Shown piece after piece: positions 10,921 to 25,744 of a stretch of 64,000 bases of DNA; position 1 is the first letter of the stretch, and each line of letters opens with the position of its first letter. The position numbers and the translations under genes are program-made. The stretch lies in assembly GCF_058153355.1 (NCBI RefSeq), contig NZ_CM177019.1; one strand, 5' to 3'. The notes beneath the pieces are model-generated. The model had not been told where the DNA came from. It did no database searches and worked only from the letters and a program-made list of their open reading frames with translations.

Positions 10921-11682
10921 ATGATTTTAAGTGCATTTTCTCTCGAAGGTAAAGTTGCGGTCGTCACTGGTTGTGATACTGGACTGGGTCAGGGGATGGC
11001 GTTGGGGCTGGCGCAAGCGGGCTGTGACATTGTTGGCATTAACATCGTTGAACCGACTGAAACCATCAAGCAGGTCACGGCGCTGGGGCGTCGTTTTTTA
11101 AGCCTGACCGCCGATCTGCGAAAGATTGATGGTATTCCTGGACTGCTGGATCGCGCGGTAGCTGAGTTTGGTCATATTGATATCCTGGTGAATAACGCCG
11201 GATTGATTCGGCGCGAAGATGCTCTCGAGTTCAGCGAAAAAGACTGGGACGATGTAATGAACCTGAATATCAAGAGCGTATTCTTCATGTCTCAGGCAGC
11301 GGCGAAACACTTTATCGCACAAGGCAATGGCGGCAAGATTATCAATATCGCGTCAATGCTCTCCTTCCAGGGCGGGATCCGTGTGCCTTCTTATACCGCA
11401 TCAAAAAGCGGCGTGATGGGTGTGACGCGATTGATGGCGAATGAATGGGCTAAACACAACATTAATGTTAATGCGATAGCTCCGGGTTACATGGCGACCA
11501 ACAATACTCAACAACTACGGGCAGATGAACAACGTAGCGCGGAAATTCTCGACCGCATTCCAGCTGGCCGTTGGGGACTGCCGAGTGACCTGATGGGGCC
11601 GGTAGTGTTTCTTGCCTCCAGCGCTTCAGATTATGTGAATGGTTATACCATTGCCGTGGATGGCGGTTGGCTGGCTCGTTAA
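10921..11682 (+). CDS. kduD: 2-dehydro-3-deoxy-D-gluconate 5-dehydrogenase (SDR family)
   Basis: 253-aa SDR with TGxxxGxG Rossmann motif and YxxxK catalytic motif context. Confidence 0.9.
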   Translation: MILSAFSLEGKVAVVTGCDTGLGQGMALGLAQAGCDIVGINIVEPTETIKQVTALGRRFLSLTADLRKIDGIPGLLDRAVAEFGHIDILVNNAGLIRREDALEFSEKDWDDVMNLNIKSVFFMSQAAAKHFIAQGNGGKIINIASMLSFQGGIRVPSYTASKSGVMGVTRLMANEWAKHNINVNAIAPGYMATNNTQQLRADEQRSAEILDRIPAGRWGLPSDLMGPVVFLASSASDYVNGYTIAVDGGWLAR

Positions 11683-11996
11683 TCCATTCTTCTTACTTTT
11701 ATGACCCTGCCGCATGGCAGGGTTTTTTATACCTGTAGATCATCATAATCCATATCATGGTTATGAAATAATCCATATCAATTATCAATTAGTGAACTTT
11801 ATGAATTTTATCTGCTTTAAAATTAGTTGGTTAATAATAATCTCAATAATTCAACTTAATTTGAAAATTGGAATATCCATCACATAACGACATGTCGCAG
11901 CAATTTAATCCATATTTATGCTATTTCCGACCTGACACCTGTTTGAATTGTTCACGTATTTTTTCACTATGTCTTACTCTCTGCTGGCAGGAAAAA

Positions 11997-13415
11997 ATGG
12001 TTACTATCAATACGGAATCTGCTTTAACGCCACGTTCTTTGCGGGATACGCGGCGTATGAATATGTTTGTTTCGGTAGCTGCTGCGGTCGCAGGATTGTT
12101 ATTTGGTCTTGATATCGGCGTAATCGCCGGAGCCTTGCCGTTCATTACCGATCACTTTGTGCTGACCAGCCGTTTGCAGGAATGGGTGGTTAGTAGCATG
12201 ATGCTCGGCGCAGCAATTGGTGCGCTGTTTAATGGGTGGCTGTCGTTCCGCCTGGGGCGTAAATACAGCCTGATGGCGGGGGCTATCCTTTTTGTGCTCG
12301 GTTCGATAGGGTCCGCTTTTGCGACCAGCGTAGAGATGTTAATCGCCGCTCGTGTGGTGCTGGGCATTGCTGTCGGGATCGCGTCTTACACCGCTCCTCT
12401 GTATCTTTCTGAAATGGCAAGTGAAAACGTTCGCGGTAAGATGATCAGTATGTACCAGTTGATGGTCACACTCGGCATCGTGCTGGCGTTTTTATCCGAT
12501 ACAGCGTTCAGTTATAGCGGTAACTGGCGCGCAATGTTGGGGGTTCTTGCTTTACCAGCAGTCCTGCTGATTATTCTGGTGGTCTTCCTGCCAAATAGCC
12601 CGCGCTGGCTGGCGGAAAAGGGGCGTCATATTGAGGCGGAAGAAGTGTTGCGTATGCTGCGCGATACGTCGGAAAAAGCGCGAGAAGAACTCAACGAAAT
12701 TCGTGAAAGCCTGAAGTTAAAACAGGGCGGTTGGGCACTGTTTAAGATCAACCGTAACGTCCGTCGTGCTGTGTTTCTCGGTATGTTGTTGCAGGCGATG
12801 CAGCAGTTTACCGGTATGAACATCATCATGTACTACGCGCCGCGTATCTTCAAAATGGCGGGCTTTACGACCACAGAACAACAGATGATTGCGACTCTGG
12901 TCGTAGGGCTGACCTTTATGTTCGCCACCTTCATTGCGGTCTTTACGGTAGATAAAGCAGGGCGTAAACCGGCTCTGAAAATTGGTTTCAGCGTGATGGC
13001 GTTAGGCACTCTGGTGCTGGGCTATTGCCTGATGCAGTTTGATAACGGTACGGCTTCCAGTGGCTTGTCCTGGCTCTCTGTTGGCATGACGATGATGTGT
13101 ATTGCCGGTTATGCGATGAGCGCCGCGCCAGTGGTGTGGATCCTGTGCTCTGAAATTCAGCCGCTGAAATGCCGCGATTTTGGCATCACCTGCTCAACGA
13201 CGACAAACTGGGTGTCGAATATGATTATCGGCGCGACCTTCCTGACACTGCTTGATAGCATTGGCGCTGCCGGTACGTTCTGGCTCTACACTGCGCTGAA
13301 CATTGCGTTTGTGGGCATCACTTTCTGGCTCATTCCGGAAACCAAAAATGTCACGCTGGAACATATCGAACGCAAACTGATGGCTGGTGAGAAGTTGAGA
13401 AATATTGGCGTCTGA
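11997..13415 (+). CDS. araE: Arabinose:H+ symporter (MFS sugar porter)
   Basis: ORF 11868..13415; native start taken at [30 protein letters not shown]... (472 aa), 12-TM MFS sugar transporter. Confidence 0.9.
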   Translation: MVTINTESALTPRSLRDTRRMNMFVSVAAAVAGLLFGLDIGVIAGALPFITDHFVLTSRLQEWVVSSMMLGAAIGALFNGWLSFRLGRKYSLMAGAILFVLGSIGSAFATSVEMLIAARVVLGIAVGIASYTAPLYLSEMASENVRGKMISMYQLMVTLGIVLAFLSDTAFSYSGNWRAMLGVLALPAVLLIILVVFLPNSPRWLAEKGRHIEAEEVLRMLRDTSEKAREELNEIRESLKLKQGGWALFKINRNVRRAVFLGMLLQAMQQFTGMNIIMYYAPRIFKMAGFTTTEQQMIATLVVGLTFMFATFIAVFTVDKAGRKPALKIGFSVMALGTLVLGYCLMQFDNGTASSGLSWLSVGMTMMCIAGYAMSAAPVVWILCSEIQPLKCRDFGITCSTTTNWVSNMIIGATFLTLLDSIGAAGTFWLYTALNIAFVGITFWLIPETKNVTLEHIERKLMAGEKLRNIGV

Positions 13416-13543
13416 TTTCATGGGCCGGATGTGCTGTACATCCGGCCCTTTTTTCGTTAATAGAGATTGGGCACCTGGCCGTTGAGGCGTTTGTCTCGTT
13501 CCTTATTCAGCCTTGTTGCGGTAACACACATCAGGAGAGAGGA

Positions 13544-14236
13544 ATGAAAACAATTGGTTTGCTGGGAGGAATGAGTTGGGAATCCACTATTCCTTATTAT
13601 CGTCTGATTAATGAAGGTATTAAACAGCGGCTTGGTGGGCTTCACTCTGCGCAAGTGCTGCTACATAGCGTCGATTTTCATGAAATAGAAGAGTGCCAGC
13701 GTCGCGGCGAGTGGGACAAAACCGGGGATATTCTGGCTGAGGCGGCGCTTGGCTTACAGCGGGCGGGCGCAGAAGGCATTGTGTTATGTACCAATACGAT
13801 GCACAAAGTGGCGGATGCCATTGAGTCTCGTTGCTCTCTGCCTTTCTTACATATAGCGGATGCCACTGGACGTGCAATTATCCGGGCTGGGATGACTCGT
13901 GTGGCGCTGCTGGGTACGCGTTACACCATGGAACAGGATTTTTATCGCGGGCGGCTGACGGAACAATTTTCCATCAACTGTCTCATTCCTGAAGCGGATG
14001 AACGGGCGAAAATTAATCAGATTATTTTTGAAGAACTGTGTCTGGGGCAATTTACTGAAGCGTCACGCACTTATTATGCGCAAGTGATTGCTCGCCTTGC
14101 AGAACAGGGCGCACAGGGTGTCATTTTTGGCTGTACGGAAATTGGTTTACTGGTGCCAGACGAGCGCAGTGTTCTGCCTGTGTTTGATACCGCGGCGATC
14201 CATGCCGAGGATGCTGTCGCTTTTATGCTGTCGTAG
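13544..14236 (+). CDS. ygeA: Asp/Glu/hydantoin racemase family amino-acid racemase
   Basis: 230-aa ORF, racemase family, syntenic between araE and lysR. Confidence 0.85.
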   Translation: MKTIGLLGGMSWESTIPYYRLINEGIKQRLGGLHSAQVLLHSVDFHEIEECQRRGEWDKTGDILAEAALGLQRAGAEGIVLCTNTMHKVADAIESRCSLPFLHIADATGRAIIRAGMTRVALLGTRYTMEQDFYRGRLTEQFSINCLIPEADERAKINQIIFEELCLGQFTEASRTYYAQVIARLAEQGAQGVIFGCTEIGLLVPDERSVLPVFDTAAIHAEDAVAFMLS

Positions 14237-15158
14237 CTGACGACAAAATAGCGTCAAGAGAAGTGACCAGTTTCGGTAATCCCGCTTGTAAATGCTCACT
14301 AAACGCCTGAACCAGCGCTGATGACGGGCGGTGCAGGGGGCGGATCAGGCTGACGGTGAACGGAACCGCAATACTGAACCGCCGCACTACTAAACCGCTT
14401 GCCGCATAATCCAGTGCGGTGAGGGGGTTAACTACCGAAATACCTACCCCCGCCCGTACCATTGCGCAGACTGACGCGGCGCTGTGGGTTTCTACGATCA
14501 TGCGTCGTTTAACCTGATTCTCAGTAAACAATTGATCCAGCAACTGGCGATAGCTGTCAGTACGGGAAAGGCTGATGTAGTTCTCACCCTGAAAATCATC
14601 CGGCGTTAATACCTTTTTTACCGCCAGCGGATGACCCGGAGGTAACACACACACTTCATCTAAAGAGAGTAATTCGGTACGTTCTGTTCCCGCAGGCGTA
14701 TGGAGCGTTTCAGTGAGTCCTAAATCATGACGCTGGGCCGAGAGCCACTCTTCAAGTAGCGGTGATTCCTGGGGCACGATGTTTAAGCTGACATCGGGAT
14801 AACGTGCCAGAAAGGGTTGCAGGAGCTGCGGTAAAAAAGATTGCGAAAAGACCGGCAGGCAGGCAATAGACAGTTCTCCCTGGCGAAACTCGCGCAGACT
14901 TTCTGCGGCACTGACAATGCGATCCAGTCCGTACCAGGATCGTTGCACTTCTTCAAACAGACGCAGTCCTTGCACGGTAGGATGTAATCGTCCACGTATG
15001 CGCTCAAACAATTTCAGCTCGATCACCTTCTCAAAGCGCGCCAGTTCGCGGCTGACGGTTGGCTGTGAGGTGTGTAGCAGGTGTGCCGCCTCAGTCAGGC
15101 TTCCGGCGGTCATTACCGCATGAAAAATTTCAATATGACGTAAGTTAACGGCGGCCAT
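14223..15158 (-). CDS. lysR: LysR-type transcriptional activator of lysA
   Basis: 311-aa LTTR with N-terminal HTH; divergent from lysA. Confidence 0.9.
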   Translation of the reverse strand: MAAVNLRHIEIFHAVMTAGSLTEAAHLLHTSQPTVSRELARFEKVIELKLFERIRGRLHPTVQGLRLFEEVQRSWYGLDRIVSAAESLREFRQGELSIACLPVFSQSFLPQLLQPFLARYPDVSLNIVPQESPLLEEWLSAQRHDLGLTETLHTPAGTERTELLSLDEVCVLPPGHPLAVKKVLTPDDFQGENYISLSRTDSYRQLLDQLFTENQVKRRMIVETHSAASVCAMVRAGVGISVVNPLTALDYAASGLVVRRFSIAVPFTVSLIRPLHRPSSALVQAFSEHLQAGLPKLVTSLDAILSSATTA

Positions 15159-15279
15159 TAGCGCTCTCTCGCAATCCGGTAATCCATATCATTTTTGCAT
15201 AGACTCGACATAAATCGATATTTTTTATTCTTTTTATGATGTGGCGTAATCATAAAAAAGCACTTATCTGGAGTTTGTT

Positions 15280-16542
15280 ATGCCACATTCACTGTTCAGC
15301 ACCGATACCGACCTCACCGCCGAAAATCTGCTGCGTTTGCCCGCAGAATTTGGCTGCCCGGTGTGGGTCTACGATGCGCAAATTATTCGTCGGCAGATTG
15401 CAGCGCTGAAACAGTTTGATGTGGTGCGCTTTGCACAGAAAGCCTGTTCCAATATTCATATTTTGCGCTTAATGCGTGAGCAGGGCGTAAAAGTGGATTC
15501 CGTCTCGTTAGGCGAAATAGAGCGTGCACTGGTGGCGGGTTACAATCCGCAAACGCACCCCGATGATATTGTTTTTACGGCAGATGTTATCGATCAGGCG
15601 ACGCTTGAACGCGTCAGTGAATTGCAAATTCCGGTGAATGTGGGTTCTGTTGATATGCTCGACCAACTGGGTCAGGTTTCGCCAGGGCATCGGGTATGGC
15701 TGCGTGTTAATCCGGGGTTTGGTCACGGGCATAGCCAAAAAACCAATACCGGTGGCGAAAACAGCAAGCACGGTATCTGGTACACCGATCTGCCCGCCGC
15801 ACTGGACGTGATACAACGTCATCATTTGCAGCTGGTCGGCATTCACATGCACATTGGTTCTGGCGTTGATTATGCCCATCTGGAACAGGTATGTGGTGCT
15901 ATGGTGCGTCAGGTCCTCGAATTCGGTCAGGATTTACAGGCTATTTCTGCGGGCGGTGGGCTTTCTATTCCTTATCAACAGGGTGAAGAGGCGGTTGATA
16001 CCGAACATTATTATGGTCTGTGGAATGCCGCGCGTGAGCAAATCGCCCGCCATTTGGGCCATCCTGTGAAACTGGAAATTGAACCGGGTCGCTTTCTGGT
16101 AGCGCAGGCTGGCGTATTAATTACTCAAGTGCGGAGCGTCAAACAAATGGGTAGCCGCCACTTTGTGCTGGTTGATGCCGGGTTCAACGATCTGATGCGC
16201 CCGGCAATGTACGGTAGTTACCACCATATCAGTGCCCTGGCATCTGATGGTCGTTCTCTGGAACACGCACCAACGGTGGAAACCGTCGTCGCCGGACCGT
16301 TATGTGAATCGGGCGATGTCTTTACCCAGCAGGAAGGGGGAAATGTCGAAACCCGCGCCTTGCCGGAAGTGAAGGCAGGTGATTATCTGGTACTGCATGA
16401 TACAGGGGCATATGGCGCATCAATGTCATCCAACTACAATAGCCGTCCGCTGTTACCAGAAGTTCTGTTTGATAATGGTCAGGCGCGGTTGATTCGCCGA
16501 CGCCAGACCATTGAAGAATTACTGGCGCTGGAATTGCTTTAA
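15280..16542 (+). CDS. lysA: Diaminopimelate decarboxylase
   Basis: 420-aa PLP fold-III decarboxylase, matches LysA. Confidence 0.92.
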   Translation: MPHSLFSTDTDLTAENLLRLPAEFGCPVWVYDAQIIRRQIAALKQFDVVRFAQKACSNIHILRLMREQGVKVDSVSLGEIERALVAGYNPQTHPDDIVFTADVIDQATLERVSELQIPVNVGSVDMLDQLGQVSPGHRVWLRVNPGFGHGHSQKTNTGGENSKHGIWYTDLPAALDVIQRHHLQLVGIHMHIGSGVDYAHLEQVCGAMVRQVLEFGQDLQAISAGGGLSIPYQQGEEAVDTEHYYGLWNAAREQIARHLGHPVKLEIEPGRFLVAQAGVLITQVRSVKQMGSRHFVLVDAGFNDLMRPAMYGSYHHISALASDGRSLEHAPTVETVVAGPLCESGDVFTQQEGGNVETRALPEVKAGDYLVLHDTGAYGASMSSNYNSRPLLPEVLFDNGQARLIRRRQTIEELLALELL

Positions 16543-16548
16543 CTGCGG

Positions 16549-17580
16549 TTAGTCGCTGGTTGCATGATGACTTGCCTCCAGCGACGGAGTTGACACTGAA
16601 TGGCGACGTACCAGCGTCGGACTAAAGACATTAGTGATTTCCGGGAGAGGGCGATTATCAGCCAGCGCCAAAGCCAGTTCGGCAGCCTGGGTCGCCATCG
16701 TCACGATTGGGTAACGCACGGTGGTCAGACGCGGGCGCACATAGCGTGACACCAGCACATCATCAAAGCCAATTAACGAAATCTCACCCGGTACTTCAAT
16801 ACCATTATCATTGAGAACGCCCATCGCACCCGCCGCCATTGAATCGTTATAACAGGCTACCGCAGTGAAATTCCTTCCGCGTCCCAAAAGCTCGGTCATT
16901 GCCTGTTCGCCGCCGCTTTCGTCTGGTTCGCCAAATGTCACTAGCCGGTCATTGGCCGGAATACCACTTTCAGCAAGGGCATCGTAATACCCTTGCAGAC
17001 GATCTTCGGCGTCAGAAATAGAGTGGTTAGAGCACAGATAACCAATGCGGGTATGACCTTGCTGAATTAAATGACGCGTTGCCAGCCAGGCACCGTAACG
17101 ATCGTCCAGAGCAATACAACGGTTTTCAAAGCCAGGCAGGATACGGTTGATCAGCACCATACCGGGCATTTGTTTCATTAATGAGGCTAAATCGGCATCC
17201 GGGATCATTTTGGCATGGACAACCAGCGCAGCACAGCGGTGGCGGATCAGTTGCTCAATGGCCTGACGCTCTTTTTGTTCGTTGTGGTAACCGTTGCCAA
17301 TCAATAAAAAATTACCAGTGTGATAAGCCACCTGCTCGACCGCTTTCACCATTGCACCGAAAAACGGATCGGAAACATCACCAACGACCAGACCGACCGT
17401 TTCAGTGGTCTGTTGCGCCAGCGCACGGGCGTTGGCGTTCGGGTGATAACTAAGAGACTCCATTGCACTATGCACAGCCAGCCGGGAGGCTTCGCTGGCT
17501 TTGGGTGAATTATTAATGACGCGGGAAACGGTGGCGACTGAAACGCCTGCCAGTCGGGCTACATCCTTTATGGTCGCCAT
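16549..17580 (-). CDS. galR: Galactose operon repressor (LacI/GalR family)
   Basis: 343-aa ORF beginning MATIKDVARLAGVSVATVSRVIN (LacI-type HTH). Confidence 0.92.
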   Translation of the reverse strand: MATIKDVARLAGVSVATVSRVINNSPKASEASRLAVHSAMESLSYHPNANARALAQQTTETVGLVVGDVSDPFFGAMVKAVEQVAYHTGNFLLIGNGYHNEQKERQAIEQLIRHRCAALVVHAKMIPDADLASLMKQMPGMVLINRILPGFENRCIALDDRYGAWLATRHLIQQGHTRIGYLCSNHSISDAEDRLQGYYDALAESGIPANDRLVTFGEPDESGGEQAMTELLGRGRNFTAVACYNDSMAAGAMGVLNDNGIEVPGEISLIGFDDVLVSRYVRPRLTTVRYPIVTMATQAAELALALADNRPLPEITNVFSPTLVRRHSVSTPSLEASHHATSD

Positions 17581-17793
17581 GAAAATACCTTAGTGGGTAA
17601 ACGCTTACATTCTGTCAGTGTTACGGAAAATACCTGTTGGTTCAAGTGGCGACGTGTTTTCATCGTGGGAATGTGAGCCAAACGCAAATAAATAAGACAA
17701 AAAAAGAGATTGCAAACCTTTGGTTACACTTTGCGAAACGCTGTTGCGATTGACCGCTGGTTGCGTTTGGCTTCAGGTTGCTAAAGTGGTGGT

Positions 17794-17876
17794 CCCAGAG
17801 GTATTGATAGGTGAAGTCAACTTCGGGTTGAGCACATGAATTACACCAGCCTGCGCAGATGCGCAGGTTTTTTTTT
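17794..17876 (+). ncRNA. omrB: OmrB small regulatory RNA (Hfq-dependent, OmpR-regulated)
   Basis: Sequence CCCAGAGGTATTGATAGGTGAAGTCAACTTCGGGTTGAGCACATGAATTACACCAGCCTGCGCAGATGCGCAGG + T-run matches OmrB; in the galR-aas intergenic region. Confidence 0.9.
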
Positions 17877-17990
17877 GCCGGTCATCAATCTGTAACAGTA
17901 ACCGACAATTTACACACCTCGTTGCATTTCCCTTCATTCCTTTGCGTTTTATCGCTGGCGAAGAGTCGTCGTGCAGACCACAATCAAGAT

Positions 17991-18078
17991 CCCAGAGGTA
18001 TTGATTGGTGAGATTATTCGGTACGCTCTTCGTACCCTGTCTCTTGCACCAACCTGCGCGGATGCGCAGGTTTTTTTT
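17991..18078 (+). ncRNA. omrA: OmrA small regulatory RNA
   Basis: Sequence CCCAGAGGTATTGATTGGTGAGATTATTCGGTACGCTCTTCGTACCCTGTCTCTTGCACCAACCTGCGCGGATGCGCAGG + T-run; shares 5' and 3' ends with OmrB. Confidence 0.9.
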
Positions 18079-18144
18079 CGCACCTAATTTACTGTCGCTC
18101 GCGTTCTTTATCTCGTGTAATCTCCCTCCATTCGCTTTTACTGA

Positions 18145-21511
<3,367 letters not shown>

Positions 21512-21542
21512 TATTTAACGCCGGTTTTAACCGGCGTTAATC

Positions 21543-22583
21543 TTATGGTGCCGGATAAGTATAAACCTGATGCACCGCTTCAATTTCAGCTAATACGTCT
21601 TCGCTTAACTCCAGATGCAAACTTTCGACGTTAGTTTTCAGCTGCTCCATCGTGGTTGCGCCCAGCAGAGTGCTGGCAACAAACGGTTGACGGCGTACAA
21701 AAGCGAGCGCCATCTGAGCAGGATCCAGGCCATGACGTCTGGCGATATCAACATACGCCGCGACGGCTTTTTGCGTTTGCTCACCGCTATAGCGGGTGAA
21801 CCGACTAAAGAGCGTATTACGTGCGCCAGCGGGTTTTGCACCGTTGAGATATTTCCCGGTCAGCGTGCCGAAACCCAGGCACGAATAGGCCAGCAGTTCG
21901 ACCCCTTCATACTGGCTGACTTCTGCCAGACCTACTTCAAAACTGCGGTTTAACAGACTGTAAGGGTTCTGAATGGTGACAATACGCGGCAGATCGTGTT
22001 TGTCCGCCAGATGCAGGTAGCGCATTACGCCAAATGCAGTTTCGTTCGACACGCCGATATAACGAATTTTCCCCGCGCGTTGGTACTCTGCCAGTGCGTC
22101 CAGCGTATCCAGCAGCGAAACCGCAGGGGCAGAATCTGTCCAGCTATAACCGAGTTTGCCGAAGCAGTTGGTTGGGCGCTGCGGCCAGTGCACCTGATAA
22201 AGATCGAGGTAATCAGTCTGCAGGTGCTTGAGGCTGTCATGCAGAGCTTCGCGGATATTCTTCCGATCCAGCGCCTGATCCGGGCGGATGCCCTTGTCAT
22301 TATTGCGCGACGGTCCGCTCACTTTGGAAGCGATAATTAACTTTTCGCGGCTGCCATGTTTTGCCAGCCAGTTGCCGACGTAGGTTTCGGTTAACCCTTG
22401 CGTTTCGGGGCGCGGAGGTACTGGGTACATTTCGGCAACGTCGATAAGGTTAATGCCCTGAGCGACGGCATAGTCGAGTTGTGCGTGGGCGTCGGCTTCG
22501 CTGTTCTGTTCACCAAACGTCATCGTGCCAAGCCCCAGCGTGCTGACTTCCAGCGAACTGTGGGGTATACGGTGATATTGCAT
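21543..22583 (-). CDS. tas: Aldo-keto reductase Tas
   Basis: 346-aa aldo/keto reductase family ORF. Confidence 0.9.
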   Translation of the reverse strand: MQYHRIPHSSLEVSTLGLGTMTFGEQNSEADAHAQLDYAVAQGINLIDVAEMYPVPPRPETQGLTETYVGNWLAKHGSREKLIIASKVSGPSRNNDKGIRPDQALDRKNIREALHDSLKHLQTDYLDLYQVHWPQRPTNCFGKLGYSWTDSAPAVSLLDTLDALAEYQRAGKIRYIGVSNETAFGVMRYLHLADKHDLPRIVTIQNPYSLLNRSFEVGLAEVSQYEGVELLAYSCLGFGTLTGKYLNGAKPAGARNTLFSRFTRYSGEQTQKAVAAYVDIARRHGLDPAQMALAFVRRQPFVASTLLGATTMEQLKTNVESLHLELSEDVLAEIEAVHQVYTYPAP

Positions 22584-22690
22584 AGCCGTTTCCTTTTTAT
22601 AATCACGACATAAGGAATATAAAAATGGCAGAGGGAAGGGAAAAGGGAAAGAGAAAAATCTTAAGGCCAGCCGGATGCTGACCTTATTTG

Positions 22691-22909
22691 TTAACGTTCA
22701 ATAATTTGCGAAACATCATCACGGTTAATTTGCATCGCGTTACCTTGCTGATCGTGATAACTCACCAGCCCGGTATCATCATCAATTTCAGGTTTTCCAT
22801 CGGTCAAAATCATACGGCCATCTTTGGTCGCCATGACGTAATCACTGGAACACCCGGATACAGCAAACGCCAGTCCGACTGCAGAAATTATTACTGCCCA
22901 TTTTTTCAT
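22691..22909 (-). CDS. ygdR: Small lipoprotein, DUF903 family
   Basis: [22 protein letters not shown] lipobox; 72 aa; paralogous to the ygdI product at 56460. Confidence 0.85.
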
Positions 22910-23045
22910 CCGGTTATCCTCATTTGGCCCACCTATGATAATAGTCTTTTTATAAACCGACGTTATATATCTTGAAAGCAGGAAAATCTTAAACTGTGAG
23001 GGTAACAGGAGTGAGTACGCTCTCCTGCAGGAGAGCGTACGGATA

Positions 23046-23759
23046 TCAGAGCGGATTCTTTTTGTTGCGAATAAGGTTGAGACTTTCAACCGCAATAGAG
23101 AAGAACATCGCGAAGTAGATGTAACCTTTCGGTACGTGGATGTCGAAACTTTCCAGAATCAGGGTAAAGCCCACCAGAATCAGGAAAGAGAGCGCCAGCA
23201 TTTTTACCGAAGGATGGCGTTCGACAAAATCACCAATCGAGCGCGCGGCAAACATCATCACGCCTACGGCAATCACCACGGCTGCCATCATAATAAACAG
23301 GTGATCTGACAGACCCACAGCGGTAATCACCGAGTCGAGGCTGAAGATGATATCCAGCAGCATAATCTGCACGATAGCGCCGAGGAATGATGAAACGCGT
23401 GTTTTCAGCCCTTCTTCTTCACCTTCAATGGATTCGTGGATTTCCTTGCTGGCTTTCCAGATAAGGAACAAGCCACCCAGAAGCAGAATCAAATCACGGG
23501 CGGAAATTTCCTGACTGAATATTGTAAAAAGCGGATTCGTCAGGCGCGTAACCCAGGCGATTGATGCCAGCAGCGCCAGACGCATAACCATGGCTCCCGC
23601 CAACCCCAGACGCCGCGCATGAGCACGTTGTGCTGTGGGGAGCTTTGCCACCACCAGAGAAAGAAAAATAATATTGTCGATCCCAAGAACGATCTCCAGC
23701 AGCGTCAGCGTACCGAGCGCAAGCCAGGCGTTAGGATCGGTTATCCATGCAAATAACAT
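23046..23759 (-). CDS. ygdQ: TerC-family inner membrane protein
   Basis: 237-aa multi-TM ORF, syntenic. Confidence 0.85.
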
Positions 23760-23827
23760 CTAAAAAGCCCTGCCAAAAAAATGAAGCGGTAATTATATGC
23801 CCGGAAAGCGGCAGGTCAAAGCGATGG

Positions 23828-24517
23828 CTACTGGATCAGAAAATGACGGGCCAGCAGCGCACTGGTGAAATTCTTCTTCAAATAAAAGCCACGCGGCAGC
23901 GTCAGAATCCGTTCGCCCCGGGCACCAATGGCTTCGGTAAGCGCTTTCGCATTCGCTGCTTTCGGGCGTATCTGTAAATACTCCCCGTGACGAGCGGTGA
24001 TCCGCTCAACCTGACCGAGAACAATCATATCCATTAATTCTTCCCAGTCTTCGCGCAGTTGCCGGTCTTCCTCTTCATTCGGGCTCCATAGCAATGGTGA
24101 TCCTACGCGGCGCTGCGCTAGTGGGATGCTACGTTCGCCTTCAACCGGTATCCACAGCACGCGTTTGAGCTTGTGGCGCACGTGGCTGGTTTCCCAGGTC
24201 ACTCCACTATTGCCCGTTAATGGGGCAACACAAACGAATGTTGTTTCCAGCGGACGCCCAAGACTATCCACAGGAATAGTTTTAAGTTCCACACCCAGAG
24301 CAGCAAAATCTTGTTCTGGTTTACTCCCAGCACTGGCACCTAGCCAGATCTCCAGCAACACGCCGATCCAGCCCTTATCGCGTTTTAAATTCTCCGGCGT
24401 AACCAGCCCGGCAAGTGCCGCCAGTTCTCCCAGTGTATAACCGGAAAGTTGCTGTGCTTGCGCTAACAACTGTGCTTCTGTTTCGGGAGGAGAGAGCAGT
24501 GGGCGAGGTTGGGACAT
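23828..24517 (-). CDS. mutH: DNA mismatch repair endonuclease MutH
   Basis: 229-aa ORF matching MutH. Confidence 0.92.
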   Translation of the reverse strand: MSQPRPLLSPPETEAQLLAQAQQLSGYTLGELAALAGLVTPENLKRDKGWIGVLLEIWLGASAGSKPEQDFAALGVELKTIPVDSLGRPLETTFVCVAPLTGNSGVTWETSHVRHKLKRVLWIPVEGERSIPLAQRRVGSPLLWSPNEEEDRQLREDWEELMDMIVLGQVERITARHGEYLQIRPKAANAKALTEAIGARGERILTLPRGFYLKKNFTSALLARHFLIQ

Positions 24518-24599
24518 GTCGTGATACCTTGGTTAAAAAACAAACAGCTATTCTTTGCCGAATATTCGCAGTGTAACTTTTTCCACATGCGTTATTCAA

Positions 24600-25100
24600 T
24601 TCTATGATTTATATTGCTTTTTAGGTTTCTGATAATCCAGTTGCGCAACACTACAACGGGTTTTCCAAATCTGGTCACTGAAAATAAACAGGATCTTACA
24701 CCATGTTATCCACAGAAAGCTGGGATAACTGTGAAAAACCTCCACTACTGTTTCCATTTACAGCCTTGACGTGCGACGAAACTCCAGTTTTTAGTGGTTC
24801 AGTGCTTAACTTAGTGGCACATTCTGTGGATAAATACGGCGTTGGTTGATCTTTCGCCAACCTGTAAATGAGAGGTGTGACCAGGGTCACGAATTACTCC
24901 TTTTTATTACTTAAATTACATGTAATGCATTGACTGATAATGAATATTTTAAAATGTCTATATCGGGCTTATTCAGAATGCTCCGGGTTTTCCCGTAGTA
25001 ATTCCGTAGTTCTTCACAACTCTATCCACAGAAAAGGTGAATAAAAACGGCTATCCACCCCTTCCTCTGTTTATAACTCTGCACATAACTGTGAGTTATT
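24600..25100. promoter_or_regulatory. DARS2: DARS2-like DnaA-reactivating region (approximate bounds) with DnaA boxes
   Basis: Perfect DnaA boxes TTATCCACA at 24706-24714 (+) and 24825-24833 (complementary strand), and near-consensus CTATCCACA at 25022-25030, in the mutH-rppH intergenic region where DARS2 is described in K-12. Confidence 0.55.
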
Positions 25101-25201
25101 CAATTGTTATTAGTGTGTAATGCCCTGCAGAGAGTGGTTTACCGTCTTCATGGAGTATGAAACAATCATTCGTATATAAAGCTTTATTTTGAGGTAGTCC
25201 G

Positions 25202-25732
25202 GTGATTGATGACGATGGCTACCGCCCAAACGTAGGTATCGTGATTTGTAATCGCCAGGGGCAGGTAATGTGGGCCCGGCGATTTGGTCAGCACTCCTGG
25301 CAATTTCCGCAAGGCGGAATTAACCCAGGAGAATCCGCAGAACAGGCGATGTACCGTGAATTGTTTGAAGAAGTAGGATTAAGCCGCAAAGACGTTCGAA
25401 TCCTTGCTTCAACGCGTAACTGGTTGCGCTACAAATTACCGAAACGTTTGGTGCGTTGGGACACGAAGCCGGTTTGTATCGGCCAAAAACAAAAATGGTT
25501 TCTCTTGCAGCTGGTGAGCGGCGATGCAGAAATCAATATGCAAACCAGCAGTACACCAGAGTTTGATGGCTGGAGATGGGTAAGTTACTGGTATCCGGTC
25601 AGACAGGTGGTGTCATTTAAACGTGATGTCTACCGTAGGGTAATGAAAGAGTTCGCGAGTGTTGTGATGGCGCTGCAGGATAATACGCCAAAACCACAAA
25701 ACGCATCTGCTTATCGACGTAAAAGAGGTTAA
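25202..25732 (+). CDS. rppH: RNA pyrophosphohydrolase (Nudix), GTG start
   Basis: 176-aa ORF with Nudix box (…[23 protein letters not shown]…). Confidence 0.92.
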   Translation: MIDDDGYRPNVGIVICNRQGQVMWARRFGQHSWQFPQGGINPGESAEQAMYRELFEEVGLSRKDVRILASTRNWLRYKLPKRLVRWDTKPVCIGQKQKWFLLQLVSGDAEINMQTSSTPEFDGWRWVSYWYPVRQVVSFKRDVYRRVMKEFASVVMALQDNTPKPQNASAYRRKRG

Positions 25733-25744
25733 GTCACGCCAATT

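Noticed and set aside
11868-11996. N-terminal extensions of ORF-track calls (araE 11868, argA 45220, mltA 52310, csdA 56307, ppdB 30401, ppdC 31329)
   Set aside because: The extensions lack similarity to the known protein N-termini and overlap promoters or a tRNA; the internal start codons were used instead.
24696-24890. 64-aa ORF in the mutH-rppH intergenic region
   Set aside because: The region carries DnaA boxes consistent with DARS2; no RBS or conservation evidence for a protein. A small annotated ORF in K-12 cannot be excluded.
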